Source of the DNA: Balanoglossus misakiensis
Taxonomy: Eukaryota > Animalia > Hemichordata
Length of the DNA stretch: 64,000 nucleotides
Assembly: GCA_040954595.2 (NCBI GenBank)
Contig: CM082594.2
Coordinates: 2,188,247-2,252,246, forward strand
Direction of reading: 5' to 3'
How positions within the stretch are numbered: the first letter of the stretch is position 1; each line of letters opens with the position of its first letter. Made by a program: the position numbers and the translations under genes. The notes beneath the pieces are model-generated. The model was given only the letters and a program-made list of their open reading frames with translations, ran no database searches and was not told the origin of the DNA. This document shows positions 36,701 to 50,400 of the stretch, in pieces.

Positions 36701-39700
36701 GTATGTGGTCACCTAACTGATGTCTATCAAGTTTGCGAAGATCATTGTGATTGGTCGAAGATTATGGCGGCCATATTGGATTTTCGAAAAACCATAGTAA
36801 AACTTCAAAAATCTTCTTCTCAAGAACGGGCGATAACCGAGTCACAAGATTTGGTGTGTGTGGTCATTAAACAGATGTCTATCAAGTTTGCGAAGGGGAA
36901 TGTGATTGGTCGAAGATTATGGCGGCCATATTGGATTTTGTGAAAAACGATTAAAAAGTAAAAATTCCTTTTCTAGCCTAAAAATTGATAGCACAGAAAT
37001 TCTTTTTATGGATATGAATCATCATATGAAAAGAATAAGCTATAAATATTTTGGTAATTTTGGCAATGACCTTTGACCTACTTTTGACACATCGTTTTTT
37101 TCTGCATATCTAATTCCAGGTTAACCTATAGGGCTATCATTTTGGTTTTTGATGTATGTGGATTTGTATGTGATCAAAAAATTTTGCTACTTTTCATGAC
37201 CCCTTTGACCTCTGCTGACCTCATTAAATATGCACATACCTAATTACAGATGAACCAATAGACCTAGAGGTTTTGTTTTTGTTATACATGGACCAGTATG
37301 GGGTCAAAATATTTTGCCCAAATGTTGGGTGACCTCGGGTGACCTTTCACCTACTTTTGCATATCTCGACATCCACAGCAGATACAGCCTTGGTGTTTGG
37401 AGGCATAGGGCCATAATTAAAAGCCAAAGTTTTGAGTCACCTGTGACACCTGCTTAACTCATTATTTATGTGCATACCTAATTCCGGGCTAACCAAAAGG
37501 ACTAGAGGTCTGGCTTTTGTTGGACATGGACCACTATGGGTCAAAATGTTCTGCCAAAATTGTGGGTGACCCCTGGGTGACCTTTGACCTACTTAACACT
37601 ATATCAGCACCAAACAGATATAACCTTGATATTTCATGGGATAAAACACAGCATTATGTTTCTACTCATTAATTATGTGCATATCTAATAATCAGATCAG
37701 ATAATAGAGCTTGGGCCCGGACAATGCTGCTTGCAGCTTTAATTCTTTCTTTATTCTTGTGTCAATTCTTCGGCCAACTAAATCTCAGAAACTACTGCAG
37801 GTACACTGCTCAAACTTGCTACAGTGGTCAAGGTCTATGAGTAGATGTGCAGTGACTTGTGAATACTTAATTAGTCACGTGACCTGGCGGCCATATTGGA
37901 TTTTCTGAAAAAATTCAAATCTCAGATCTCAGAAACTACAAGTCAGATCGACTTCAAATTTGGCATGCAGGTAGACTACCTTCTGCCCATCATTTTTGTA
38001 ATTGGAAATTTTGCTGTCAATGTTGCAGTTTTTTTGCTACAATTTTTTTTCTGAAATCTGGCTTAAATTTCAAAAATCTTCTTCTCCAGAACCAGTGATA
38101 ACCGAGACACGGGGTTTGGGGTATGTGGTCACCTAAGTGATGTTTATCAAGTTTGCGAAGATCATCGTGATTGGTCGAAGATTATGGCGGCCATATTGGA
38201 TTTTCGAAAAACCATAGTTAAACTCCAAAAATCTTCTTCTCCAGAACGGGCGATGACTGAGTCGCAAGATTCGGGGAGTATGGTCACTACACTGATGTCT
38301 ATCAAGTTTGCAAAGAGCATTGTGATTGGTTGAAGATTATGGCGGCCATATTGGATTTTGTAAAAAGCAGTGAAAAATTGAAATTCCGTTTTCTAGTCCA
38401 AAAATTGATAGCATACACATTCTTTTTATGGATATCAATCGTCATGTGACTAAAATATGTTACAATTTTTTGGCGATTGACCTTTGACCTACTTATCACG
38501 CGTTATTATTTCTGCATATCTAATTCCAGGCTAACCTATAGGGCTAGACGTTTGGTTTTTGATGCTTGTGGATTAGTGTGTGATCAAAATATTTTGCTAC
38601 TTTTCATGACCCCTTTGACCTCTGCTGACCTCATTAATTATGTGCATAGCTAATTACAGGTGAACCAATAGAGCTAGAGGTTTGGTTTTTGTTGGACATG
38701 GACAAGTATGGGATCAAAATTTTTTGCCCAAATGTTGGGTGACCTCTGGTGACCTTTGACCTACTTTCGCATATCTCAGCATCCAGAGCAGATACAGCCA
38801 TGGCATTTGATAGGATGGGACCAAAATGTAAAGCCACATTTTTGGGTCACCTGTGACACCTGCTGACCTCATTAAATATGCACATACCTAATTACACGCG
38901 AACCAATAGAGCTAGAGTTTTGGTTTTTGTTGGACATAGACCAGTATGGGTTCAAAATTTTTTGCCCAAATGTTGGGTGACCTCAGGTGACCTTTGACCT
39001 ACTTCACCCTATTTCAGCAGCAAAAATACACACATCCTTGTTATGTCATGAGATAATACATCTGATAGAAAATTCTGTTTCTTCTCATTCATACTGTGCA
39101 TATATAATTCAAGATCAGCGCTTGGGCCCGACAATGCTGCTCGCAGCTTTAATCTTTCTTTCTTTCTTTCTTTCTTTATTCTTGTGTCAATTCTTTGACC
39201 CACGAGATCTCAGACACCGATGCAGGTACACTTCTGAAACTTGCTACAGTGGTCAAGGTCAATGAGTAGTCGTGCATTGAACCCTTGAATTTTTAATTAG
39301 TCACGTGACCTGGCGGCCATCTTGGATTTTCTGAAAAAATGCAAATCTCAGATCTCAGAAACTACAAGTCAGATCGACTTCAAATTTGGCATGCTGGTAG
39401 ACTACCTTCTGCCCATCATTTTTGTAATTGGAAATTATGCTGACAAAGTTGCAGTTTTTTGCTACAATTTTTTTTCTGAAATCTGGCTTAAATTTCAAAA
39501 ATCTTCTTCTCCAGAACCAGTGATAACCACGACATAGGGTTTGGGGTATGTGGTCACCTAACTGATGTCTATCAAGTTTGCGAAGATCATTGTGATTGGT
39601 CGAAGATTATGGTGGCCATATTGGATTTTCGAAAAACCATAGTAAAACTTAAAAAATCTTCTTCTCCAGAACGAGCGATAACTGAGTCGCAAGATTTGGG

Positions 39701-41900
39701 GAGTATGGTCATTGCACTGATGTCTACCAAGTTTGCAAAGAGGAATGTGATTGGTCGAAGGTTATGGCGGCCATATTGGATTTTGTAAAAAGCAGTGAAA
39801 AATTTAAATTCGTTTTCCTAGTCTAAACATTGATAGCATACAAATTCTTTTCATGGATATCAATCGGCGTATGACTAAAATATGTTACAAATTTTTGGCG
39901 ATTTTTCACATGACCTTTGACCTACTTTTCACATGTTATTATTTCTGCATATCTATTTCCAGGATAACCTATAGGGCTAGACGTTTGGTTTTTGATGCAA
40001 GTGGATAAGTGTGTGATCAAAATATTTTGCTACTTTTCATGACCCCTTTGACCTCTGCTGACCTCATTAATTATGTGCATAGCTAATTACAGGCGAACCA
40101 ATAGAGCTAGAGGTTTGGTTTTTCTTGGACATGGACCAGTATGGGGTCAACATTTTTTGCCCAAATGTTGGGTGACCTCTGGTGACCTTTGACCTACTTT
40201 CGCATATCTCAGCATCCAGAGCCGATACAGCCTTGGCATTTGGCAGGATAGGACCAAAATGTAAAGCCAAATTTGAGGGTCACCTGTGATACCTGCCGAC
40301 CTCATTAAATATGTACATACCTAATTACAGGCGAACCAATAGAGCAAGAGTTTTGGTTTTTGTTGGACATGTACTAGTATGGAATCAAAAATTTTGGCCC
40401 AAATTTTGGGTGACCTCAGGTGACCTTTGACCTACTTTCCCATATGTCAGCATCCAGACAGGATAGAGCCTTGGCATTTGGAGGGATTGAACACCTCATG
40501 GAGTCTTACATGTTATCACATGAACTGGCCCTGATCACCACCTGTGTGACGTAGACCAGGACAGATCAAAAATCCTGATCACCCCTGTGTTACATCATCA
40601 ACCGGAACTATTTCCACCGATTCGCCGTAGCTTTGTTGTCAAACAGAAACAGTACGTGTAGCGCGCGGCATTTACAATACAGAAATGAAATCAAAAAATT
40701 ACGGTTCCATGACAATAACGCTTTGTAAGCTCAAAACAGAAAGGTGGAATTTGGAAAGAAGACAGTCGACGCAACGATCATGGACGATCGTGGCTGTCAA
40801 AGTTTTGGGTCAGGTGTACATAGCCTAGGCTAGGCGCAAGTCCGGTACGTTCCGAGTCAAATCAGCGTGGGGAATTGTTTCGAGCCAGTTCAGCGTGACG
40901 ACTGAACCTCTCTATTGCACCGGTCAACGAAATGTATAAGACGTGGCAACAGGTTGCAGTAAAATTGTTAGAGAATCGATTACATTTGTGTAAGGCCGAA
41001 CTTCGAGCGAACGGAACTCAACGGGACGACTTGTTGGGAGATTTTATGAATGATCAGCGATAGTTCACCATTTGCGTATATGCAAATGATGAACTATCGC
41101 TGATCATTCATAAAATCTCCCAACATATATCTCCTGGGGGACATAATCCCGCTCAGTAAAATACGACACCGCTCCAAAATTGTTGCAAGGTACTGAATTG
41201 TTTTAGTCCTGCCTCTTCTAACGAAAAATAAGAAGACTGTTCATGTGATAAATATATAATCCCATATCTTTCTTTGTTTAACGTCATCGTATACTCGTGG
41301 TTTTCGCGGAAGCGTACAACTTCTCGCCTGCGGCTCGAAGTTGCACTGCTCCGCGAAAACCACTCGTATACGATGACGTCAAACAAAGAAAGATATCATG
41401 GGATTATATGTAATTACCTCATTAATTATGTACATATCTAATTCCAGGCGAACCAATAGGGGTAGAGGTTTGTTTTTTGTTGATCATGGACCAGTATGGT
41501 TTCAAAATGTTTGACCTACTTTCCCATATCTCGGCATCCACAGCAGATACAGGCTTGGAATTTGAAGGGATGGAACACCTAATGGAGTCTTGCATTTTAA
41601 CTTATCTTTTATGCACATACGCATCTACATGCTAATCAAAAGAGCTAGGAGTTTTTGTTGGACATTGACCAGTTTGGGATCACACATTTTTGACAAAGGT
41701 GACCTTCAGGTGGCCCCTTCACTTACTCTCTCATATGTGGGTATCCTTAACGTCATTATTTTATGATAGCAAATGGTAGACTGAATAATAAGGATATAAA
41801 TGTATATTTCGACATGAACTAGTAGGGGTAAAAATACTCAACACTATTTTAGGTGACCTTAGGTGATCTTTGACCTACTTTTCCACATCTTGGCATCCTA
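33740..41900 (+). mobile_element. Left array of ~1.1-1.45-kb non-autonomous Helentron-type bodies
   Basis: 3' termini gcttgggccc..gctgct(t/c)gcagc-t(t/a)ta(a/t)t at ~34830-34860, 36270-36303, 37710-37744 and 39118-39153, each followed by a T-rich/(CTTT)n tract. Internal ~125-bp and ~170-bp subrepeats. The fifth body decays into unique sequence near 41900. Confidence 0.85.
40513..41413 (-). mobile_element. Composite palindromic MITE-like element, copy 2 (uninterrupted)
   Basis: Reverse complement of 29901-30099 plus 32140-32795. Contains long palindromes at ~41030-41125 and 41252-41413. Inserted in a Helentron body subrepeat. Confidence 0.8.
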
Positions 41901-44900
41901 AGTATCTCCCAAACAAGATTTATTGAACACAGTTCACTGACACAGGAAGCACAAAATAAGACAAAGAAATTATGTTTTATTAAAGTGGTCAGAGACCTGT
42001 AATGTACAATAAAAGAAAGAAATGATTACAGAAAAACAGCAACGATTCAGCTGATACAGTATCTGTGGTTTTTGCAAGAAAGAAAACACACAATAGAAGT
42101 TGTATAGATTTTAACCACTACATGATGAAACACAATTTGCCATTTATAATTCACCTGCTATTGTACATATATACTAAAACATATTTAGATGCCTTTACTG
42201 CCTCTAGCCAGTGAATTGGTGTAATTATGTTAGAATGTTTCAGAATTGAGAATCACATATATTAAAAGGATATATAGCACTTAACACCTATTTTGTTGCA
42301 AATTATGTACATGTAGCGTAAATATCTTAGATTGACAAAAGTCCAACATAATTTTCAGCTGTAATTCATCATTCAAATATGTAACTTTGGATATTTTTAA
42401 TACCGGTACATATCCTTAGACATTTGGATATTGCTAATACATATCCATAAACATTCTTTGTTACGCACAGTTTACAGAACTCAGGAAATAGAATAAAATG
42501 AAAATGTTTCTGCTGCACTTTAGTATAGCACTGACATAAATAGGCATCAGGCATACTCTCACAACATGGTTGTGTACACGCCTTGCATATGATTTGTTAA
42601 AGTCAAAAAAATACTTTTTGACTTTTTTGTGATATCAAGGTTTACAAGGAAGACTTTCATAAAGTCACTCACAGTGCACTATAATGTCAGTGCATAACCT
42701 AAAAAGACACAGGAATTACCCTTTTGCAGTATGGAAAGTGGTGATTTTATGTTTCATACCTACATGAAGTGCAGTACTTGTACCAAAGTCTATTTCATTT
42801 GACAAATAAACATTACCTCAGCAGTGTATATGACATCTGTGTACATGAAAGGAAACGACACTCTGAGAGCTCATTACATCCCCATAAGGTCCCCACATTT
42901 GGCAATTCTGGATATGCAGTCAAGTTAATAACTGTGTTGACACCATAAATTGTTTCACTGTAGGTTCAATCACATCTGTCTACAAGCACAGCAGAGGTTT
43001 AGTACAGTTCACCAATATTTCACATTTCAAATAGTCAAACAACAGGAAAAACTTGTGATATTAAACAAAATTCTTGCACCTTGAAAGCATACCTTACATC
43101 TATACATGACATGACAAATTATAAGATTTCTCACAGTTTTAGTGTAAACCATGTATAGCTAGTAAGGAGGCATTGTAGGCACTCAGAATCTTTTACAAGA
43201 CAATGTTGCATTTTAACTACTGCTGTAGCTTAGTCCACACGTGACAGTGAAATGAGCTAAAGTCAGATAATAAACATGTATGTTAAATGCAGATATTTCA
43301 GTTTATAATTATTTGTCAGGTTTCTATTTATGTTGATCTCTGCATTGGTTAAATGAAATCATTGTCAAGTAGATATAGAGAAAATTATTATTCTTTCCTA
43401 TCCATCATGCAACTGTATAAAGTCCAGTAACAGCATGGCATTCCTAAAATTCCTGGGTAAAGGTGGGGCTTGCTGAAGCGCACATCAGTGTGGCTTATGT
43501 CCACTTATCACACTCACAATCCTCTGATAGTGAGTTATGGTCTCACACACATAATCTTCTGACAGTGATCAAGTTAATTTTGGCACTTATGGATGAGACT
43601 TTGTTCAGTTCATAGTCTATTACATTTGAATGTCATATCTATAGTACTTTTAGTGATTAATATAAACACAATGAATGTACTGTGAGAGTTGTCTCAAAGC
43701 TTCATTTTGTGTTTAATATTATATCATGTACTGATAATTGCATTCAGGACTTGTGTTATGGAGTTGTTGATGTTATACAAGGTGCAGCAACCAAGTTGGT
43801 GCAGTGATTGATTTCAGACTTCAGTTCCTCAGAACAATCACATCGAGCAGATGATGCATTTTGTTACAGACAAATTGAACATACCTAATAAAGTGTACAT
43901 CCCATTGTTAAATTACACTGGCTTCCACACTGTATACATATGTAATGTTTACTCTTGATGTATTATTCAATACAGATGTGGCAAGAACTACACTGGCATG
44001 ATAATAAGGCTTCTTCACCACAAGCAATGGCATAAACATATCTTGTTGTATTCCTATCAACTGAAAAAACTGTACAAATATTTACTTTGGCTTAAAATGC
44101 CATTCTAACTGTGGTTAATTCATGATAATGGCTACATTTTGTACAGTCTTTCATTCTTAACTCTTCATTTTAAATTAAGTTTACAATTTCCAACCGCAAA
44201 TATTTGAGATTTTGTTCAAATATTAAAAGCACTTCACTCTAAATTAATATCTGTTGTGCATTACTGATAGACAGAAGCCTGTTTGGCAGTAAACTTTAAA
44301 AAGTCAAACACTTCATTCAATGTTCTAATAATAGCAACTATGTTGACATAAAATCAACAATTTTCAAATACTAAACAGACATAATCTTTGTGGAGAAAAA
44401 GAATTACAATTTCACACAATTCAAGTAAAAATCTAACACAAACACTATATTGACAAAAAAATTTACAATAATTACCATAAAATATTTGATGGAAACAACC
44501 ATGTTCCATGAGAAATTTAACAATATCATATATTACAATTAATGTTATAATGAAAACATCTATCACTCTCAAAATGCCCAACAAACAGAAACTTTTTGAG
44601 AATGAAATGTCAATTAAAAACTTTTGTATTAATGTCACAATGAAGAAAAATATCTTCACTAAAAATTAATATTTACAATATTGTATCTTGTCTTATATGT
44701 ATCTTGTGTTAAAATATCACGAATACACCATACTGCACATCATTAAAGGCCTGCATACAGAAACAACAGAAAATTGTTCATACAATACCGAATAGCCTAT
44801 CCTACAATAATATTATACATGTATTGTAATTACATCCTTTTTAGCCAGCAAATTGAACAGTTAAACTTTCTAAGAAAAAGACCATTTGAACAAAAGAATG

Positions 44901-44964
44901 TAAATTGCCTTAAACATACTTGACCTTTTTATATGGATTTTGCATAAATATAAAATACCACCAT

Positions 44965-44976
<12 letters not shown>

Positions 44977-45044
<68 letters not shown>

Positions 45045-45045
45045 C
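44977..45045. repeat. (CA)n(TA)n microsatellite
   Basis: Direct reading. Confidence 0.95.
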
Positions 45046-45309
45046 ATACCTATATATACATACATATGCATGCATCCATCGATACATACATAGATAAATA
45101 TGAAGTAAAGGTAAGCTTGAGAAACAATATGCGGTATGATGGTTTCTCAAGCTACCCTTATATTATATTCTGATCAACTTCAGTATCGACCACTTTCTAT
45201 CGGATCAGTCGTACCACATACCTCGTACATATACCACCCCTTACACACCCCAGATTATATACAAATAGAAAATTGGAAATAATGACACTTTAACGAGCTT
45301 TAACAATTA

Positions 45310-46170
45310 ACTCTATAAGTCACTTCACGTTTTCGTTATTAAGGATCTCTTATTGATAGTCTGTATAAGTCTGTTCACATTTTCCATATTTAGGATCTCT
45401 TATTGATAATCTGTATAAGTCTGTTCGGTATTTAGGATCTCTTTTTGATAATCTGTATAAGTCTGTTCACGTTTTCGGTATTTAGGATCTCCTATTGATA
45501 ATATGTATAAGTCTGTTCACATTTTCGGTATTTAGGATCTCTTTTTGATAATCTGTATAAGTCTGTTCACATTTTCGGTATTTAGGATCTCTTTTTGATA
45601 ATCTGTATAAGTCTGTTCACATTTTCGGTATTTAGGATCTCTTTTTGATAATCTGTATAAGTCTGTTCACGTTTTCGGTATTTAGGATCTCCTATTGATA
45701 ATCTGTATAAGTCTGTTCACATTTTCGGTATTTAGGATCTCTTTTTGATAATCTGTATAAGTCTGTTCACATTTTCGGTATTTAGGATCTCTTTTTGATA
45801 ATCTGTATAAGTCTGTTCACATTTTCGGTATTTAGGATCTCTTTTTGATAATCTGTATAAGTCTGTTCACGTTTTCGGTATTTAGGATCTCTTTTTGATA
45901 ATCTGTATAAGTCTGTTCACGTTTTCGGTATTTAGGATCTCCTTTAGATAATCTGTATAAGTTTGTTCACGTTGTCGGTATTTAGGATCTCTTTTTTTGA
46001 TAATTTGTAAAAGTCTGTTCACATTTTCTGTATTTAGGATCTCCTATTGATAATCTGTATAAGTCTGTTCACATTTTTCGGTATTTAGGATCTCCTATTG
46101 ATAATCTGTATAAGTCACTTCACGTTTTCCTTATTTAGGATCTCCTATTGATAATCTGTATAAGTCAATT
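45310..46170. repeat. 50-bp minisatellite, ~17 copies
   Basis: Unit tttaggatctctttttgataatctgtataagtctgttcacattttcggta (e.g. 45531, 45581). Confidence 0.95.
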
Positions 46171-46187
46171 TGTGTTTTCCGTATTTA

Positions 46188-46610
46188 CCATAGTGTGCTA
46201 CTGACAGTATGACCGGGCAAGGAGCGCAGCGACAAGCACAAGTCGCCCGCCAAATCAGATCACTTGCCCTGTCATGTCCTACCACCAGAGGCACACGCTT
46301 TGCATTGGTGTAGCAACAAGGTCTGGTACCGTCACTCAGCTTCTTGGTTACAAACGCCATTATTGAATCGTGCACCTGAATGAGGTTTTTCCTCGTGGCA
46401 GGTTATTTCTTTGTTTTTTTCTAATATACTTATTTTATTTCAAAACACATGTCTTAATTATTAAATTTTGATGCTTTTGCTCCATGAAAGCTAATGTTTT
46501 TGGTACAACATTTATTGTCATATTTTCTATTCCTGTCGCAGACACATGGTCAATCAATGTATTAGCTTCTGTAGTTAATTTGCTTGAAATTGTTTGCAGT
46601 TTGTGTATCG
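46188..46610 (-). repeat. Direct duplicate of 47210-47630 (Helentron ORF C-terminus plus downstream sequence)
   Basis: The non-coding part is nearly identical; the part matching ...TTEANTLIDHV...SIKI* is diverged and frameshifted. Confidence 0.85.
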
Positions 46611-47485
46611 TTACGTTACCATTACCTTATCGAAAGCATTCTGATGGTAAAAGTTATTTTGCGGTATGGTAATACATGTTATGTAAAATATTGACTTAAG
46701 CTTTCTCATATTATGAGTATATATTGCAGGGAAAGTTATTGGCAGCTGTCAAAACTCTCTAGCATATAAGTACGATAAGGCAGGTGAACAAGATGCACAT
46801 ATTATTTTTACAGATCCTGAACACCCACTTCAAAATTTATTCACAAACTCCAATCATGGACATGCTACAGAATTTGATTTACCAGGAAATAATTGCTTAG
46901 AAAAACATTTTTCTCAACAGCTGTATATATTTTAAATTCAAGTTTATCCTTTCTTAGTTTCATCCAATGCTGCAGATGTGGTTTTCATCATGTTGTCTTA
47001 TTTGTGTATACATGTTCATTGTAATTAAAATGTAATATCCTAAATTTATAAATGATTAATGAGACTGAAGACCATTTTCACAACTGTTGTTGACAATAAA
47101 GTATTTGAATTGAACATTGATTTACCCTACGAGCCAGTATAAGTACATTAACCTCATGCTTGGTAGTTTTGCTTTTATCTAGTCTCACGCCCAGACCTCA
47201 TTGCTGTGCACCATAGTGTGCTACTGGCAGTATGACCGGACAAGGAGCGCAGCGACAAGCAGAAGTCGCCCGCCAAATCAGATCACTTGCCCGGCCATGT
47301 CCTACCACCAGAAGCACACGCTTTGCATTGGTGTAGCAACAAGGTCTGGTACCGTCACTCAGCTTCTTGGTTACAAACGCCATTATTGAATCGTGCACCT
47401 GAATGAGGTTTTTCCTCGTGGCAGGTTATTTCTTTGTTTTTTTTCTAATAATACTTATTTTATTTCAAAACACATGTCTTAATTA

Positions 47486-50400
47486 TTAAATTTTGATGCT
47501 TATTGCTTCATGAAAGCTGAAGTATTTTGGTACAACATTTACTGTCACATTTTCTACTTCTTTCACATACACATGATCAATCAATGTATTAGCTTCTGTA
47601 GTTGGTTCGCTTACAGTTTGTCTGAAACCATGATCTTCCATGAACTTTACAAGTGATGACCGGGTCAAGATATCTTCATTGAAATCACCCATGATCAGTT
47701 TGCCTCCAGGGTATTTTTCCATTGCTTTCACCAAACAAACCAAACTTTTTTTGAATACCTCTGCTTTGTATGATGGCGGTCTGTAAACTACAGCAACTGT
47801 AACATTGATTTTAGCGACATAAAATGAAATACATTCCAAATTACACACAGCCAAATGCAAAATTTCACAATCATTACATATTTTGCTATAGACTCCAACA
47901 CCACCCCGCTGTTGCAACTGTAGACTTGATGTATTTGTATCAAATTGATTGTAGGATTGAGATTGAGGTTGGTGATTGAATTCATATCCGCTCAATTGCA
48001 AATTACAATGTGTTCCTTTTTCAGATAACCATGTCTCGGTCAAACAAATGAAGTCTGCTTCCAAATATTCACTGTCATTGCAAATATCTTTAATATGATT
48101 GACAAGTCCCTCCACATTATGCAATACAAATGAACATGTATAATTACTCTGTTCTTTCTGAGTACACTTGAGAAGTAACTTTGGCATTGTTTCCAGGGCT
48201 TCTTGTACCTTTTCATTGCAATATATGGATGATTTGTTAAAGTCATTAATTATGAGACCATCTAATGATGTCACCCTACTCAATGCAACATATGCCTGTC
48301 CTGGTGCAAACATCTTCTTTAAACTGACAACAGCTTTTTCAACGGTTAATCCCTGTACTTTGTGAACTGTACACGCCCAAGCTAGTTTCAAAGGAAACTG
48401 CCTTCTAATACCACCATTACTTGCAACAGACATTTCCTGAGGTTCTATAGAGGTACTGTTTGCTGGAAGGTCAGATATAGTTATAGGCTTCTTTTTACGC
48501 AATCCTTGGCCAACTTTCTCATTATCAAATACAACATAAATTGCAGCAGGAAATTTTTCATTTGGTTTCACTGCAATGTGACATACTGTGCCGAATACGC
48601 CATTCACCAAACCATCAGCAACATCAATATTATGAGTCAATTGAACTCGTGCACCAACAGCTAGAGTAAGTGTCTTTGGCAAAGTTGTCCTATATACTTT
48701 GACATGATGGCCTTCCTTTTTTTCTAGCCTTCCAGTTTTAGGATTCCTACTAAAATCCTCCGCTTCAATACATACAGGGTCAGAACATTGAGAATGAAGC
48801 ATTTCAACATTACATCTATTGACCTCTGCATTGGTTGCAAAAACATGCATTGCCTCAGATGTTTCACCGGTAACACACTTTTGAAACATTGCCACGTCAC
48901 CAGGATTTAGTGTGTCCCCTTTCTTGTGAACTCTTACTCGATTTAGTGCTTCTGCAAATGCGCAGTCTTTCTGTCTCATTATTTCAGTTAACTCTATGAT
49001 ACTGAAATTATCATTCCACAGATTGATGGATTCTTGGTCTATGCATAGTGGACTTGCTTTCACAGGTGGAAGTTGATAAAAATCACCTACAGCAATAACG
49101 CATACATTTCCAAATGGTGAATAAGTCGATAATTGTTTGATTTGTTGGAGTCTTCCGTGGACATAGTACAATAACTTTTTGTCTACCATAGAAATCTCAT
49201 CTATTATCAAAATTTGGAGGTTACCAAACTTGCAACGAAGAGTATTTAGCTTTTCCTCACGCAGTGGCTGATATGGCAACTTCGAGTCAACTGCTATGGA
49301 GAATATATGATGGAGGGTTGTTCCTTGTATATTAAATGCTGCGACTCCTGTTGGTGCAGTTAAAGCAATAGAAATTCCATCAATGTCTGGCATTGCACGA
49401 GCTAGAATTCGTTTGGCTTCATGATATATGGCTTTGATTAAGTGACTCTTTCCAGTACCAGCACCACCAGTGACAAACAGATAAAAGGGTTCTGGATTCT
49501 TGCCATTGCTTTTGTCCAAACACCACTTCCTGACAGTGTAAAACACTTCTGCTTGTTTCTTGTTCAAAGATCTACACATTGCTTCAACCTCATCTTTCTT
49601 TACTGAAGAACTTGAAACTTCTACATGGCAATCATCACCTTTGGGTTTCTGAACCAAATCTGGAATGTCATCGTCATCTACGGGATCATCACCACTGCAC
49701 CTTTTACCTTCTTCAATGCATTCTGATCGTTCTAATTCACTTTCTGGACATATTTGAGCCCATGCATCTTCAAGAGGTCCATTCTCATCCAGAATTTGTT
49801 CAGCTATATCAATAGCATCAGCGTCTGTTTCAAATAATGCCTTATTGGCATCTACAATCACCTTAACCTTTTCTAAAGAAGCATAGCCACATTTCACTGC
49901 ACCAAGCCAATAAAAATCCTCATACGATTCAAATCCACTAGGTTTTAGTTGTGATTCAGTTCGGTATGGGAGAAAAAGCTGTAATATACTGCCATAATGC
50001 TTCTCTGGATTTTTGGTAACAGAAAATCTTGCATATCTAACAACAGCCCCGTCACTTTTAGATCTTTTCTGCATGTAACCAACATCATTTTTCAACTTAA
50101 CTATTGGACTGCGGCGTTTGTCATTACTCACATTTTTCATTTCTGATTTTGAAACCACTCTATATTCTGAACAAAATGTTGCAAGACACATGTTGTCGAA
50201 ACCAACCCCATTTGGTCTGTTCTTGTACCTGTCCACAATGCTATTCATCCATATCTCATCCTCGTCTAAATCATCACCTTTCATTTTCTTCTGTATTGCT
50301 TTTAATGGCAAACTCATTTTGATTTGATTTTCTCCTGTTGGAATAAACTGAACTTTTCGTGATGATTGTTTCAGTTTCAAACCACATACCCTATACACAG

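Noticed and set aside
34600-41400. Recurrent 60-90-aa ORFs (e.g. MALHFGPIL..., MQISDLRNYK...) here and at 58.9-64 kb
   Set aside because: They recur only because the DNA is repeated; frames are broken in other units and no domain motifs are visible.
41900-45300. Possible captured cargo gene inside the Helentron
   Set aside because: AT-rich, with no convincing ORF or phase-compatible exon chain found by eye.
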